DNA from: Actinomycetota bacterium
GTDB lineage: Bacteria; Actinomycetota; Actinomycetes; S36-B12
Assembly (NCBI GenBank): GCA_010029945.1
Contig: RGQW01000002.1
Coordinates: 1-37,307, forward strand
Direction of reading: 5' to 3'
Length of the DNA: 37,307 bases
The position numbers and the translations under genes were made by a program. Of this stretch, positions 9,934-18,142 are shown in pieces; within the stretch, counting starts at the first letter, position 1; each line of letters begins with the position of its first letter. The notes under the pieces were generated by a model. The model did no database searches. It was not told where the DNA came from and worked only from the letters and a program-made list of their open reading frames with translations.

Positions 9934-10024
9934 GTGAATTAGTGGCAGATTCACCAATCAGATACGGAATTCGTTGTGTTTGGCCCAAAACACTGTGGAA
10001 ATGCCCCCTACGTCCTAACGTTAG
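9934..10024. promoter_or_regulatory. Divergent promoter/operator region with three dyads
   Basis: The dyads are GTGAAT-N9-ATTCAC (9934-9954), GTGTTT-GGCCCA-AAACAC (9976-9993) and the perfect 10-bp palindrome CTAACGTTAG (10015-10024). They lie between the Lrp operon and the ALDH gene. Confidence 0.4.
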
Positions 10025-10066
10025 TTCGCTGAGGACCATCAGCAGTCGAAGCCGAGGAGGCGAGCA

Positions 10067-11503
10067 GTGGAGGTTCGAAACTTCATCGACGGCGACAGTG
10101 TCGATGCCCAGAGCGGGTCACGCAGTGACCTGGTGGACCCGACCACGGGTGAGGTATTCGCCCAAGCCCCGGTCTCACAGGCTGCCGATATCGATGCCGC
10201 GTACGCCGCGGCTGAGCGCGGCTTCGAGGTGTGGGGAAACACAACTCCGGCGGAGCGCCAGATGGCACTGCTGAAGATCGCCGACGCGATCGAGTCTCAT
10301 GCCGACGAGTTGATTGCTCTGGAGAGCCAGAACACCGGGAAGCCGCTGGCCCTGGTCGCCTCGGAGGAGATCCCACCGATGGTGGATCAGATTCGATTCT
10401 TCGCTGGTGCGGCTCGAGTTCTCGATGGACGCGCTGCGGGTGAATACATGGCGGGACATACGTCCTTCATTCGACGCGAACCAGTCGGGATTGTCGGTCA
10501 GGTGACGCCCTGGAACTACCCGATGATGATGGCGGTGTGGAAATTCGCTCCCGCCATTGCGGCAGGAAATTCGGTGGTCCTCAAGCCGAGCGACACCACG
10601 CCGGTGACGACGGTTCGGATGGCAGAAATCATCGCCGAGGCCGATGTCCTTCCTGCGGGTGTATTCAACGTGGTGTGCGGCGATCGGGACACCGGACGCA
10701 ATCTCGTCGAACACCCGACGCCACAGATGGTGGCGATCACCGGCTCCGTGCGCGCCGGCATGCAGGTGGCCGAGTCAGCGGCCCGTGACGTCAAGCGCGT
10801 TCATTTGGAGCTGGGTGGCAAGGCCCCGGTGATGGTGTTCGACGATGCCGATCTTGAGGCCGCCGCGGAAGCCTTGGCGATCGCCGGATACTTCAACGCC
10901 GGCCAAGACTGCACGGCGGCGACCCGAATGATCGTGGCTCCGAAGATCTACGACGACTTCGTCGCCGCCATGAGCGAGCAAGCAGCGAATACCGCCACGA
11001 CGTTCGCGGATGGACCCGGCGGAGAAGCGCTCGTGCCACCGGTCAACAACGCCAACCAATTCGACCGCGTGTTGGGGTTCTTGGAGCGGACACCGAAGCA
11101 TGCGGAGATCGTCGCGGGAGGTGACCGCGACGGCGACCGAGGGTTCTTCGTTCAACCAACCGTCGTCGCGAATCTGCAACAGGATGACGAAATGATCCAG
11201 CAGGAAGTCTTCGGACCTGTGATCACCATCCAGCGCTTCACCGATGAGGACGAGGCCCTTCGTTGGGCCAACGGGGTGTCGTACGGATTGGCGTCCAGTG
11301 TGTGGACCAAAGACTTCGGCCGCGCCATGCGCATGTCGAAGGCTTTGAACTTTGGAACGGTATGGATCAACACGCACATTCCATTGGTCGCCGAGATGCC
11401 GCACGGAGGCTTTAAGCACTCCGGATACGGCAAAGACCTGTCCATGTATGGGTTCGAGGACTACACACGCATCAAGCACGTCATGGCAGACATTTCGCTG
11501 TAG
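10067..11503 (+). CDS. NAD-dependent aldehyde dehydrogenase (gamma-aminobutyraldehyde dehydrogenase-like)
   Basis: ALDH motifs [26 protein letters not shown] and [15 protein letters not shown] are present. It is divergent from the Lrp/aminotransferase operon. Confidence 0.9.
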   Translation: MEVRNFIDGDSVDAQSGSRSDLVDPTTGEVFAQAPVSQAADIDAAYAAAERGFEVWGNTTPAERQMALLKIADAIESHADELIALESQNTGKPLALVASEEIPPMVDQIRFFAGAARVLDGRAAGEYMAGHTSFIRREPVGIVGQVTPWNYPMMMAVWKFAPAIAAGNSVVLKPSDTTPVTTVRMAEIIAEADVLPAGVFNVVCGDRDTGRNLVEHPTPQMVAITGSVRAGMQVAESAARDVKRVHLELGGKAPVMVFDDADLEAAAEALAIAGYFNAGQDCTAATRMIVAPKIYDDFVAAMSEQAANTATTFADGPGGEALVPPVNNANQFDRVLGFLERTPKHAEIVAGGDRDGDRGFFVQPTVVANLQQDDEMIQQEVFGPVITIQRFTDEDEALRWANGVSYGLASSVWTKDFGRAMRMSKALNFGTVWINTHIPLVAEMPHGGFKHSGYGKDLSMYGFEDYTRIKHVMADISL

Positions 11504-11536
11504 CACCCGAGACACGCATCGGTGCGCCACTGAGAC

Positions 11537-12463
11537 TTATCGCAGTATGCCCTTGGCCGCTTCGATAGCGGCGGTAACGAAGGACCGGGCCGCGGGCAGA
11601 GATTGATCACCCTGACGAATCACCAAAGAGATGACTCGGGGCTCGATGGTGGGGGAGAGTGAGACGGTCGTGATGCCGGCGTCGTGCATGTCTATCGCGA
11701 GTCGAGGCATGACCGCCGGGCCCACCCCGCTTCGCACCATCGCCTGGACGGCTCCGTTGTCGACGGTTCGAAAGAGGTAACGAGGCGTAATCCCGTTACT
11801 GCGAAGAAAAGCGTCGACGTCGTCCTGATACGTCAGCGCCGGTTGGCCAATGAGATCAACTCCGTCCAGAGCCGTGATGGGGATCGTGCCGTTGTGCGCG
11901 TGCACGTGCTCGTGGAGTTCGCTGTCGGGGCCGAGGAGGAGCAGGTACGGGTCGGTGCCCAGTTCTGTCACGTCCAGACGGGGGTCGTTCGAGGTTCCCT
12001 CGATGAAGGTCGCGTCGAGCTCGTCCTCGAGGAGGAGGTCGATCAAGCCCTCGGAACTCGGGCCTTCGAACAAAGAGAAGGTCACGTGCGGAGATTTCAT
12101 TCGCAGGGCGTGAACAGCGACGGGCAGTAGGTGGACCGCGACGCTTTGGAAAGTTCCGATCTTGATCCGGCCGGCGGCACCGGAGGCCACATCGCGAATA
12201 TCGAGTTCGGCGTTTGTCAGGTGCTCGAGAATGTGTTGCGCCTGGGGCAGCAGCACCCTGCCAAGGGGAGTGAGCGAAATGGGCTTCGGGCCACCGGGTC
12301 GCTCGAAGAGCCGGGCTCCGATGTGCTTTTCCAGTGCGGCCACCTGCTGGCTGACGGTGGCCTGCCCATACCGGAGTTCGTCCGCGGCGGCACTGAAGGA
12401 CTCTTCGCGGGCAACAGCGACGAACGCCGCGAGCTGCCGAAACGAAGCTTCTGCCATCCCCAT
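11537..12463 (-). CDS. LysR-family transcriptional regulator
   Basis: The N-terminal HTH FRQLAAFVAVAREESFSAAADELRYGQATVSQQVAALEKHIG is present, with a LysR substrate-binding-like C-terminus. The start is ATG 12463 or 12457. Confidence 0.88.
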   Translation of the reverse strand: MGMAEASFRQLAAFVAVAREESFSAAADELRYGQATVSQQVAALEKHIGARLFERPGGPKPISLTPLGRVLLPQAQHILEHLTNAELDIRDVASGAAGRIKIGTFQSVAVHLLPVAVHALRMKSPHVTFSLFEGPSSEGLIDLLLEDELDATFIEGTSNDPRLDVTELGTDPYLLLLGPDSELHEHVHAHNGTIPITALDGVDLIGQPALTYQDDVDAFLRSNGITPRYLFRTVDNGAVQAMVRSGVGPAVMPRLAIDMHDAGITTVSLSPTIEPRVISLVIRQGDQSLPAARSFVTAAIEAAKGILR

Positions 12464-12552
12464 GTATTCGATTATACGATCAACACGACCATATTCCATA
12501 ATTTTTCATGTTCACAAGATTCCTTTAACTTTCCCTCCAGGAGGGAAAAGAA

Positions 12553-13110
12553 ATGATTGCGTGGTACTGGTCGTGGATTCTCATGTCGGTCAACCTGACC
12601 GCCATGGTCCTAGCGGGGCGACGGCTGTGGTGGGCCTGGCTGGTCGCCGTCGTCGCCGAATGTCTGTGGTTGGTCTACGGATATGCAACCCAGCAGTGGG
12701 GCTTCTCGGTGTTCGCCCTGGTCTTCGGTGCCGTCTACCTACGCAATGCCTACACGTGGCGTGATGGGCCGCGCCCGAGAGAGCAAAGCCGCGGTGACAT
12801 CAGTTCGGACGACATCAGCCCGGACCACGCGAGCAACGAGCTCGCGCTCGACGTCGCACCCATCGGCGCACTCGCGGACTTCGATGCTCTGGCTATGGCG
12901 ATAGAGGATCGGTCCTGGAGCGACGCCGACCCGCGTGCACACGACATCGTGGCTACCGCCCGCGCTCGCGGACTGAATCCCGTGGCGATCGATGTGTACG
13001 AGGACTACGCGAGTCCGCGCCCCGTTCGCGAGCGAGCCCTTGCGGCGATCGCGAGTGCTGTACGCCGGCAGGAGGGTCATCCGGCAGCCTCGTTCGGTTT
13101 GGCTAGTTGA
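12553..13110 (+). CDS. Hypothetical membrane protein (three Trp-rich TM helices plus an acidic soluble C-terminal domain)
   Basis: The ATG is preceded by GGAGGG. The N-terminus has three predicted TM segments (IAWYWSWILMSVNLTAMVLAG, LWWAWLVAVVAECLWLVYGY, WGFSVFALVFGAVYLRNAYTW). I recognised no catalytic motif. Confidence 0.55.
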   Translation: MIAWYWSWILMSVNLTAMVLAGRRLWWAWLVAVVAECLWLVYGYATQQWGFSVFALVFGAVYLRNAYTWRDGPRPREQSRGDISSDDISPDHASNELALDVAPIGALADFDALAMAIEDRSWSDADPRAHDIVATARARGLNPVAIDVYEDYASPRPVRERALAAIASAVRRQEGHPAASFGLAS

Positions 13111-13142
13111 CTCACGCGGTCGACACCGCAGGCGATTCAAGA

Positions 13143-13182
13143 CACAAAGAAGGCCCGAGCCGAAGCCCGGGCCTTCCTTGTG
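13143..13182. terminator. Bidirectional stem-loop between convergent genes
   Basis: CACAAAGAAGGCCCG-(10 nt loop)-CGGGCCTTCCTTGTG forms a 15-bp stem with one mismatch. There is no clear U-tract. Confidence 0.55.
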
Positions 13183-13213
13183 CCGTCAGTGATACACCTC
13201 CGGCGGATTATTT

Positions 13214-14461
13214 CTAGGCGCCACCCTCGTTGAGGGTCACCTCGATCGGGCTGAAGCCCTCACCGGTGGTGTCCAGTCCCATGTTGGTGAGCTCCGCGTT
13301 GGCGGTCTCTGCGAACTGGTTGGTGTAGGCCTCCGCCGGCGGGGCGGAAGTGATGACCGTTGCACCCTCAAGGTTCGGGGAGTTGAGGGAGATGTCGACG
13401 GTCTGATCCCATTCAGCCGCATCCATGATGCCGATGCCGTTCGGTGACGGCCAGACCAGCTTGTTGACTTCGTTCATCATCCACAGCTGGTGGCTGGCTC
13501 CGAGCTGCGAACCATTGGCGGTCACAATCTCGGCGCACTCCTGCGGATTGTCGCGGCAGTAGATCCAGCCTTCGAAGGACGCGGTAACGAAGCGCTGCGC
13601 CAGATCGGCGTAGTCGGCGTCACCAAGCCGGGCCTCGTCCGCCCAAATGGCATCCTGAAGCATGCCGACTCCGTAGTCCGCGTAGTTGATGACGTTGAAG
13701 TCATCGGCGGTGTACAGCTCACCGGTGTCCGGGTTCACTGCTTCGAGGAGCTGTGCGTACTCGTTGTACGTCATCGCCTCGGCCGCATCAATCTCGCGGT
13801 TCAGCAGGGCGACCATGTCGAACTGCTGCTGGACGAGCTCCACGTCGGAAGCCGGGTCGAGGCCTTCCTTGCCGAGAGCTGCGAAGATCTCGTACTCGTT
13901 GCCGAAGCCCCAGTTACCGATCTTCTTGCCCTGGAAGTCCGCGGGGGACTCGATGCCGGAATCCGCCCATGCCACCTGCAAGGTGCCGGAGCGCTGGAAC
14001 ACCTGGGCGATGTCGACGATGCCGGCTCCCTGCTCACGCGATGCGAGCGCCTTGGGCACCCATGCGAGAGCGAAGTCAGCGCCGCCCTGTGCGAGAACGG
14101 TCTGCGGAACGATGTCCACGCCGCCCTCAAGGATCGTGACGTCGATGCAGTTGTCCTCGTAGAAGCCGAGGTCCTTGGCTGCGTAGTACCCAGCGAACTG
14201 AGCCTGGACGAACCACTGCAACTGAAGACTGGCGGGAGTCAGTTCCGCACAACCTTCGTCGGCAGCAGGCTCCTCGACCTCAGCTTCTTCGGTTTCCTCT
14301 GGTTCGGTGTCCTCTTCGACTGCCGGTTCTTCCACTGCGGTTTCCTCCGCGGCGGTCTCCTCAGAGCTCGAGTCCGAGCTGCTGCAGGCCGACAGCGCGA
14401 GCACACCGACTGCGGCGAGACTCACAACTTGAGTCCACCGACTGCGTGCGATGTTGCGCAT
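13214..14461 (-). CDS. ABC transporter substrate-binding lipoprotein, NMT1/THI5 (SsuA/TauA-like) family
   Basis: A strong SD (AAGGAGGAAG) and a lipobox LALSACSSS are present, followed by a Glu-rich linker (EETAAEETAVEEPAVEEDTEPEETEEAEVEEPAADEG). The mature domain is NMT1-like. It is the last gene of the operon. Confidence 0.8.
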   Translation of the reverse strand: MRNIARSRWTQVVSLAAVGVLALSACSSSDSSSEETAAEETAVEEPAVEEDTEPEETEEAEVEEPAADEGCAELTPASLQLQWFVQAQFAGYYAAKDLGFYEDNCIDVTILEGGVDIVPQTVLAQGGADFALAWVPKALASREQGAGIVDIAQVFQRSGTLQVAWADSGIESPADFQGKKIGNWGFGNEYEIFAALGKEGLDPASDVELVQQQFDMVALLNREIDAAEAMTYNEYAQLLEAVNPDTGELYTADDFNVINYADYGVGMLQDAIWADEARLGDADYADLAQRFVTASFEGWIYCRDNPQECAEIVTANGSQLGASHQLWMMNEVNKLVWPSPNGIGIMDAAEWDQTVDISLNSPNLEGATVITSAPPAEAYTNQFAETANAELTNMGLDTTGEGFSPIEVTLNEGGA

Positions 14462-14479
14462 ACTTCCTCCTTCTTCGTG

Positions 14480-15262
14480 TCAGGCCGAACTTGCTCTGCC
14501 TGTCCAGGGTGTTGTCCATCGCTCGATGGCCACGACGATCAAGTAGAACGCCAAGCCGACGATGATGGCTGCAACTACATATGCCCACGCTCGTCCGTAG
14601 GCGGTGTTGGCTGCCGAACTCGCTATTCGAGAGCCAAGTCCTTGTTGAGGGCCGCCGAAATACTCGGCGACCAGTGCCGCGATGACGGCGAGGGGGGCCG
14701 CGACCTTCATTCCGGTGAAGAAGAAGGGAACGGCGTTGGGGATGCGCAGGACGCGCAGCACGGTTCGTGGCTGGGCGTTCATCGAGCGCATCAACTCCAG
14801 TTGCACCGGTTGCACCTGAATCAGTCCGCGGGTGACGTTCACGAACATCGGGAAGAACACGATGACCGCGGTCACGAGAACCCGTGGGGTTCGACTCGTG
14901 ATGCTGAACATGTTGTTCAGTATCGGTGTCAGAGCAATGATGGGCACTGCCGCCAGGCCGGCGGCAAGGGGAGTGACCAAATTGTTAACCACGAAGAAGC
15001 GCTGGGCGAGCAGCGCCATGACCAGGCCGACGATTGTTCCGAACACAAGTCCAAGAAACGCGGTCGTGCCGGTGTAGAGGGCGGTCTCCCACATCAGCGC
15101 GATATCGCCGAAGAAGTTCTCGGCAATCAGGGACGGGGCCGGCAGCAGGTAGGGCTGAATATCCCGGACCACCACGAGGAGCTGCCAGGCGCTCAGGAAG
15201 AGCACCGCGATGAGCACCGGTGGCCAGATGAACTTCAGCCGATCGGCCGTTTGGGAAGACAT
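14480..15262 (-). CDS. ABC transporter permease (TauC/SsuC-like)
   Basis: 260 aa, multi-TM with a BPD-transporter-type core. Its start overlaps the stop of the ATPase gene. Confidence 0.85.
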   Translation of the reverse strand: MSSQTADRLKFIWPPVLIAVLFLSAWQLLVVVRDIQPYLLPAPSLIAENFFGDIALMWETALYTGTTAFLGLVFGTIVGLVMALLAQRFFVVNNLVTPLAAGLAAVPIIALTPILNNMFSITSRTPRVLVTAVIVFFPMFVNVTRGLIQVQPVQLELMRSMNAQPRTVLRVLRIPNAVPFFFTGMKVAAPLAVIAALVAEYFGGPQQGLGSRIASSAANTAYGRAWAYVVAAIIVGLAFYLIVVAIERWTTPWTGRASSA

Positions 15263-16083
15263 CAGACTTCGCCCACCTTGGCGCGCGCATCCGAACCTCC
15301 CACGCGTCCGCGCAGAGCCTCGCGGACCGCGGTAACGGCGTCGAAGAAGGCGTCGGCTTCGCGGGTGTCCTCGTCGCGGTCGCCTCCCAGGGGCACGTCC
15401 ACGATGTCGGTGATGCGCCCGGGACGGGGCGACATGACCACGACACGATCGGACAGGTAGACAGCCTCGGGGATCGAGTGGGTGACGAACACGATCGACT
15501 TGCCCGTTTCCTTGCGGATGCGCAGGAGTTCGTTCTGCATGCGTTCGCGTGTCATCTCATCGAGGGCGCCGAAGGGCTCGTCCATGAGCAGGATCGTCGG
15601 GTCGACTGCCAGCGAACGAGCGATGGCCACGCGCTGTTGCATACCGCCGGATAATTCCCACGGCCGGTGTTCCGCGAAGTCCGCGAGTTGCACCATGTCG
15701 AGAAGTTCCAGGGCGCGGGCTTTGCGCTTGGCCTTGTCCCAGCCCTGCAACTCCAGGGGTAGTTCCACGTTGCGTCGCACCGTCCGCCAGTCGAAGAGTG
15801 CCGCCTGCTGGAACGCCATTCCGTACAACTGCTGCTCCCGAGCCTCGTGAGGAGTGTGACCGGCGACGCGCATATCGCCTTTGGTCGCGTCGGTGAGGTC
15901 GGCAATGACGCGCAGCAGGGTGGACTTGCCGCAGCCGGAGGGCCCGATGAGCGAAATGAATTCTCCGGACTCAACGGTCAGGTGCACGTCCTGCAGCGCT
16001 GTTACCTCGTTGGGCTGACCCTCGTTGAAGATCTTCCAGATGCCGTCGGCGTGGACTGCGTGCTCGGTGGTCGCCGTGCTCAT
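15262..16083 (-). CDS. ABC transporter ATP-binding protein
   Basis: Walker A GPSGCGKST, signature LSGGMQQRVAIARSL and Walker B LLMDEPFGALD are present. Confidence 0.93.
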   Translation of the reverse strand: MSTATTEHAVHADGIWKIFNEGQPNEVTALQDVHLTVESGEFISLIGPSGCGKSTLLRVIADLTDATKGDMRVAGHTPHEAREQQLYGMAFQQAALFDWRTVRRNVELPLELQGWDKAKRKARALELLDMVQLADFAEHRPWELSGGMQQRVAIARSLAVDPTILLMDEPFGALDEMTRERMQNELLRIRKETGKSIVFVTHSIPEAVYLSDRVVVMSPRPGRITDIVDVPLGGDRDEDTREADAFFDAVTAVREALRGRVGGSDARAKVGEV

Positions 16084-17015
16084 GCGCTCTTCTCCTTGGG
16101 CAGGTTGCGGGTCAGGTAAACATCAAGGGCGGTCACCAGGGCGGCCACCACCAAGCCAAGGGCGATGGCGCCGAAGACGGCGACGTAGACCTTGGCCGGT
16201 TGCGAGGTGATCTGGCGCGCGTACTCAATCAGTAAGCGACCGATGCCCCCGCGAACACCGGTAGAGATCTCGGCGACCACCGTGCCGACGACGGAGGCTG
16301 CGGCGGAGACCTTCAGTGCCGGAACGATGTAGGGAATCGACGATGGGAAGCGGAGCTTGCGCACGGTTTGATTCGGCGTAGCCGCGTAGGAGCGCATGAG
16401 TTCCAGCGATGTCGGTGTTGGTGCCTGGAGTCCTCGCAACGCTCCCACCGACAGCGGGAAAAACGCCAGGTACGCGGCGATGAACATCACCGAGTAGGTG
16501 GTTGTCCACTTGATCGGTCCGATCTCGATCTGGTTGCCGATTCCGACGATGAGCGGTGCAAGTGCGATCAGGGGGACCGTTTGAGAAGCGATGACGAAGG
16601 GGAGTAGGCCTCGCTCCGCGAACAGGAACCGCTGCATGATGACCGCGAGAAGCAACCCGACCGCCACACCGATGAGGAAACCGCCGAAGGCGAGAAGCAG
16701 CGACCGGAACGTCGCGGCGATAACCGCGTCGAGGACGGTGTTCTCGGAGCCGCGGACTTCCGGCTCACCCATCGCCGCGAACATGGTCCACACGTGCGGC
16801 ATGGTCATGTCCGAGGTGTTCAGCGGCAGCGGAATGACGTTCCCCAGCGCCTTGACGAGCTCCCACATCACGATGACGAGGCCGACGCCGGCGAGCGCCC
16901 ACAGCAACGAGATGCCGCCGTTGCGGGCTCGTCGGGCGAAGGTTCGCGATCGTGCGGCACCCACCGAAGCCCCGTCCGCAGAGGTCTGCGGATCGGCGAT
17001 CGCAGTGTTGGTCAC
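16080..17015 (-). CDS. ABC transporter permease (second, longer paralogue)
   Basis: 311 aa, multi-TM. It has a 4-nt overlap with the ATPase start. Confidence 0.85.
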   Translation of the reverse strand: MTNTAIADPQTSADGASVGAARSRTFARRARNGGISLLWALAGVGLVIVMWELVKALGNVIPLPLNTSDMTMPHVWTMFAAMGEPEVRGSENTVLDAVIAATFRSLLLAFGGFLIGVAVGLLLAVIMQRFLFAERGLLPFVIASQTVPLIALAPLIVGIGNQIEIGPIKWTTTYSVMFIAAYLAFFPLSVGALRGLQAPTPTSLELMRSYAATPNQTVRKLRFPSSIPYIVPALKVSAAASVVGTVVAEISTGVRGGIGRLLIEYARQITSQPAKVYVAVFGAIALGLVVAALVTALDVYLTRNLPKEKSA

Positions 17016-17067
17016 CGGCGCTTCCCTTCGATGTCGCTGCGGATGGGTTGGTTGTGTGTCGTCAGAG

Positions 17068-18096
17068 TCAGGACTTCGCGAGCACCGTCTCTTGGATGGC
17101 CGGGATGACCTTTTCTCCGTACTGGGCCAGCGTGTGGTCCTTGTTGTCGTGCTGCAGGTACACCGCGAACTGATCGACCCCGAGCGCGCGGAGTTCCTCG
17201 AGGCGCCGCACGTGGTCGTCCGGGGTGCCGATGATGCAGAACCGATCGATGATCTCGTCCGGAACGAAGTCCGTGTGTGTGTTGCCGGCCTGCCCGTGCT
17301 GGTTGTAGTCGTATCCCTGGCGGTTCTTGATGTAGTCCGTCAACGCTTGGGGGACTGCACCGCTGTCGCCGTAGCGGTCGACGATGTCGGCAACGTGGTT
17401 GCCGACCATGCCGCCGAACCAGCGAAGTTGATCGCGTGCGTGTGCGTTTTGCTCATCGGACCCGTCGGTGATGTAGGCGGGTGCGGCGACGCAGTTGTAG
17501 ACCGCGTCGGCAGCGCGGCCAGCCTCGGCGGCGGCTGCGCGGACCGATCCGATGGTCCACTCGGCGATCGACGGATCGGCCAACTGAAGGATGAAGCCGT
17601 CTCCGACCTCTCCGGTGAGCGCCAGGACTTTGGGTCCGTAGGCGGCTACCCACACGTCACAGCGGGAGTCTCCCGCCCAGGGAAGGCGCAGGGTGGAGTC
17701 CTTGTAGTCAATGGCTTCGCCGTTGACCAGGCCCTTGATGTCGATGACGGCTTGGCGCAACTCGGCGACGGTGACCGGCTTGCCGTTGGTGACGCGAACC
17801 GCGGAGTCTCCGCGGCCAATGCCGATCACGGTCCTGTTGCCGTACATCTCGTTCAAGGTCGCGAATACCGACGCGGTGACCGTGATGTCCCGGGTGGCGG
17901 GGTTGGTCACCATGGGACCGATCTTGATCTTGCGGGTTTCATCAAGGATCTTGCTGTAAAGCACGTACGGCTCTTCCCACAGGATGTGGGAGTCGAACGT
18001 CCACACGTAGTCGAATCCGTAGGTCTCAGCCCGACGCGCCAGGTCGACGACGCGTGCGGCCGGGGGAGTGCACTGCAAGACGACTCCGATGTCCAT
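17068..18096 (-). CDS. Luciferase-like (LLM-class) F420/flavin-dependent oxidoreductase
   Basis: ATG 18096 is preceded by AGGAGAAG. The sequence MDIGVVLQCTPPAARVVDLARRAETYGFDYVWTFDSH...GPMVTNPATRD...IGIGRGDSAVR is typical of Mer-like LLM TIM barrels. The ORF-track N-terminal extension to 18381 overlaps mmsA and is Pro/Arg/Ser-rich. Confidence 0.8.
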   Translation of the reverse strand: MDIGVVLQCTPPAARVVDLARRAETYGFDYVWTFDSHILWEEPYVLYSKILDETRKIKIGPMVTNPATRDITVTASVFATLNEMYGNRTVIGIGRGDSAVRVTNGKPVTVAELRQAVIDIKGLVNGEAIDYKDSTLRLPWAGDSRCDVWVAAYGPKVLALTGEVGDGFILQLADPSIAEWTIGSVRAAAAEAGRAADAVYNCVAAPAYITDGSDEQNAHARDQLRWFGGMVGNHVADIVDRYGDSGAVPQALTDYIKNRQGYDYNQHGQAGNTHTDFVPDEIIDRFCIIGTPDDHVRRLEELRALGVDQFAVYLQHDNKDHTLAQYGEKVIPAIQETVLAKS

Positions 18097-18142
18097 AACT
18101 TCTCCTGATCTCGGTGGTGAATGCCTACTTGGTGGAAGGTTT

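Noticed and set aside
14270-14380. Glu-rich repetitive coding stretch in the NMT1-type binding protein, and the Thr/Glu/Pro-rich stretch at 25330-25440 in the PotD-like protein, as possible independent elements
   Set aside because: Both lie in frame directly after lipoboxes and look like the flexible tethers common in actinobacterial lipoproteins. They are not separate features.
13490-15460. 656-aa plus-strand ORF spanning the binding-protein, permease and ATPase genes
   Set aside because: It is antisense to three genes that have clear family motifs, SD sequences and start/stop coupling. Its translation is low-complexity (Arg/Gly/His/Asp-rich) with no recognisable domain. Such stop-free antisense frames are typical of high-GC DNA.
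16591-18108. 505-aa plus-strand ORF antisense to the permease and LLM genes
   Set aside because: The reasoning is the same: it crosses an intergenic gap between two well-supported minus-strand genes and has no motif content.
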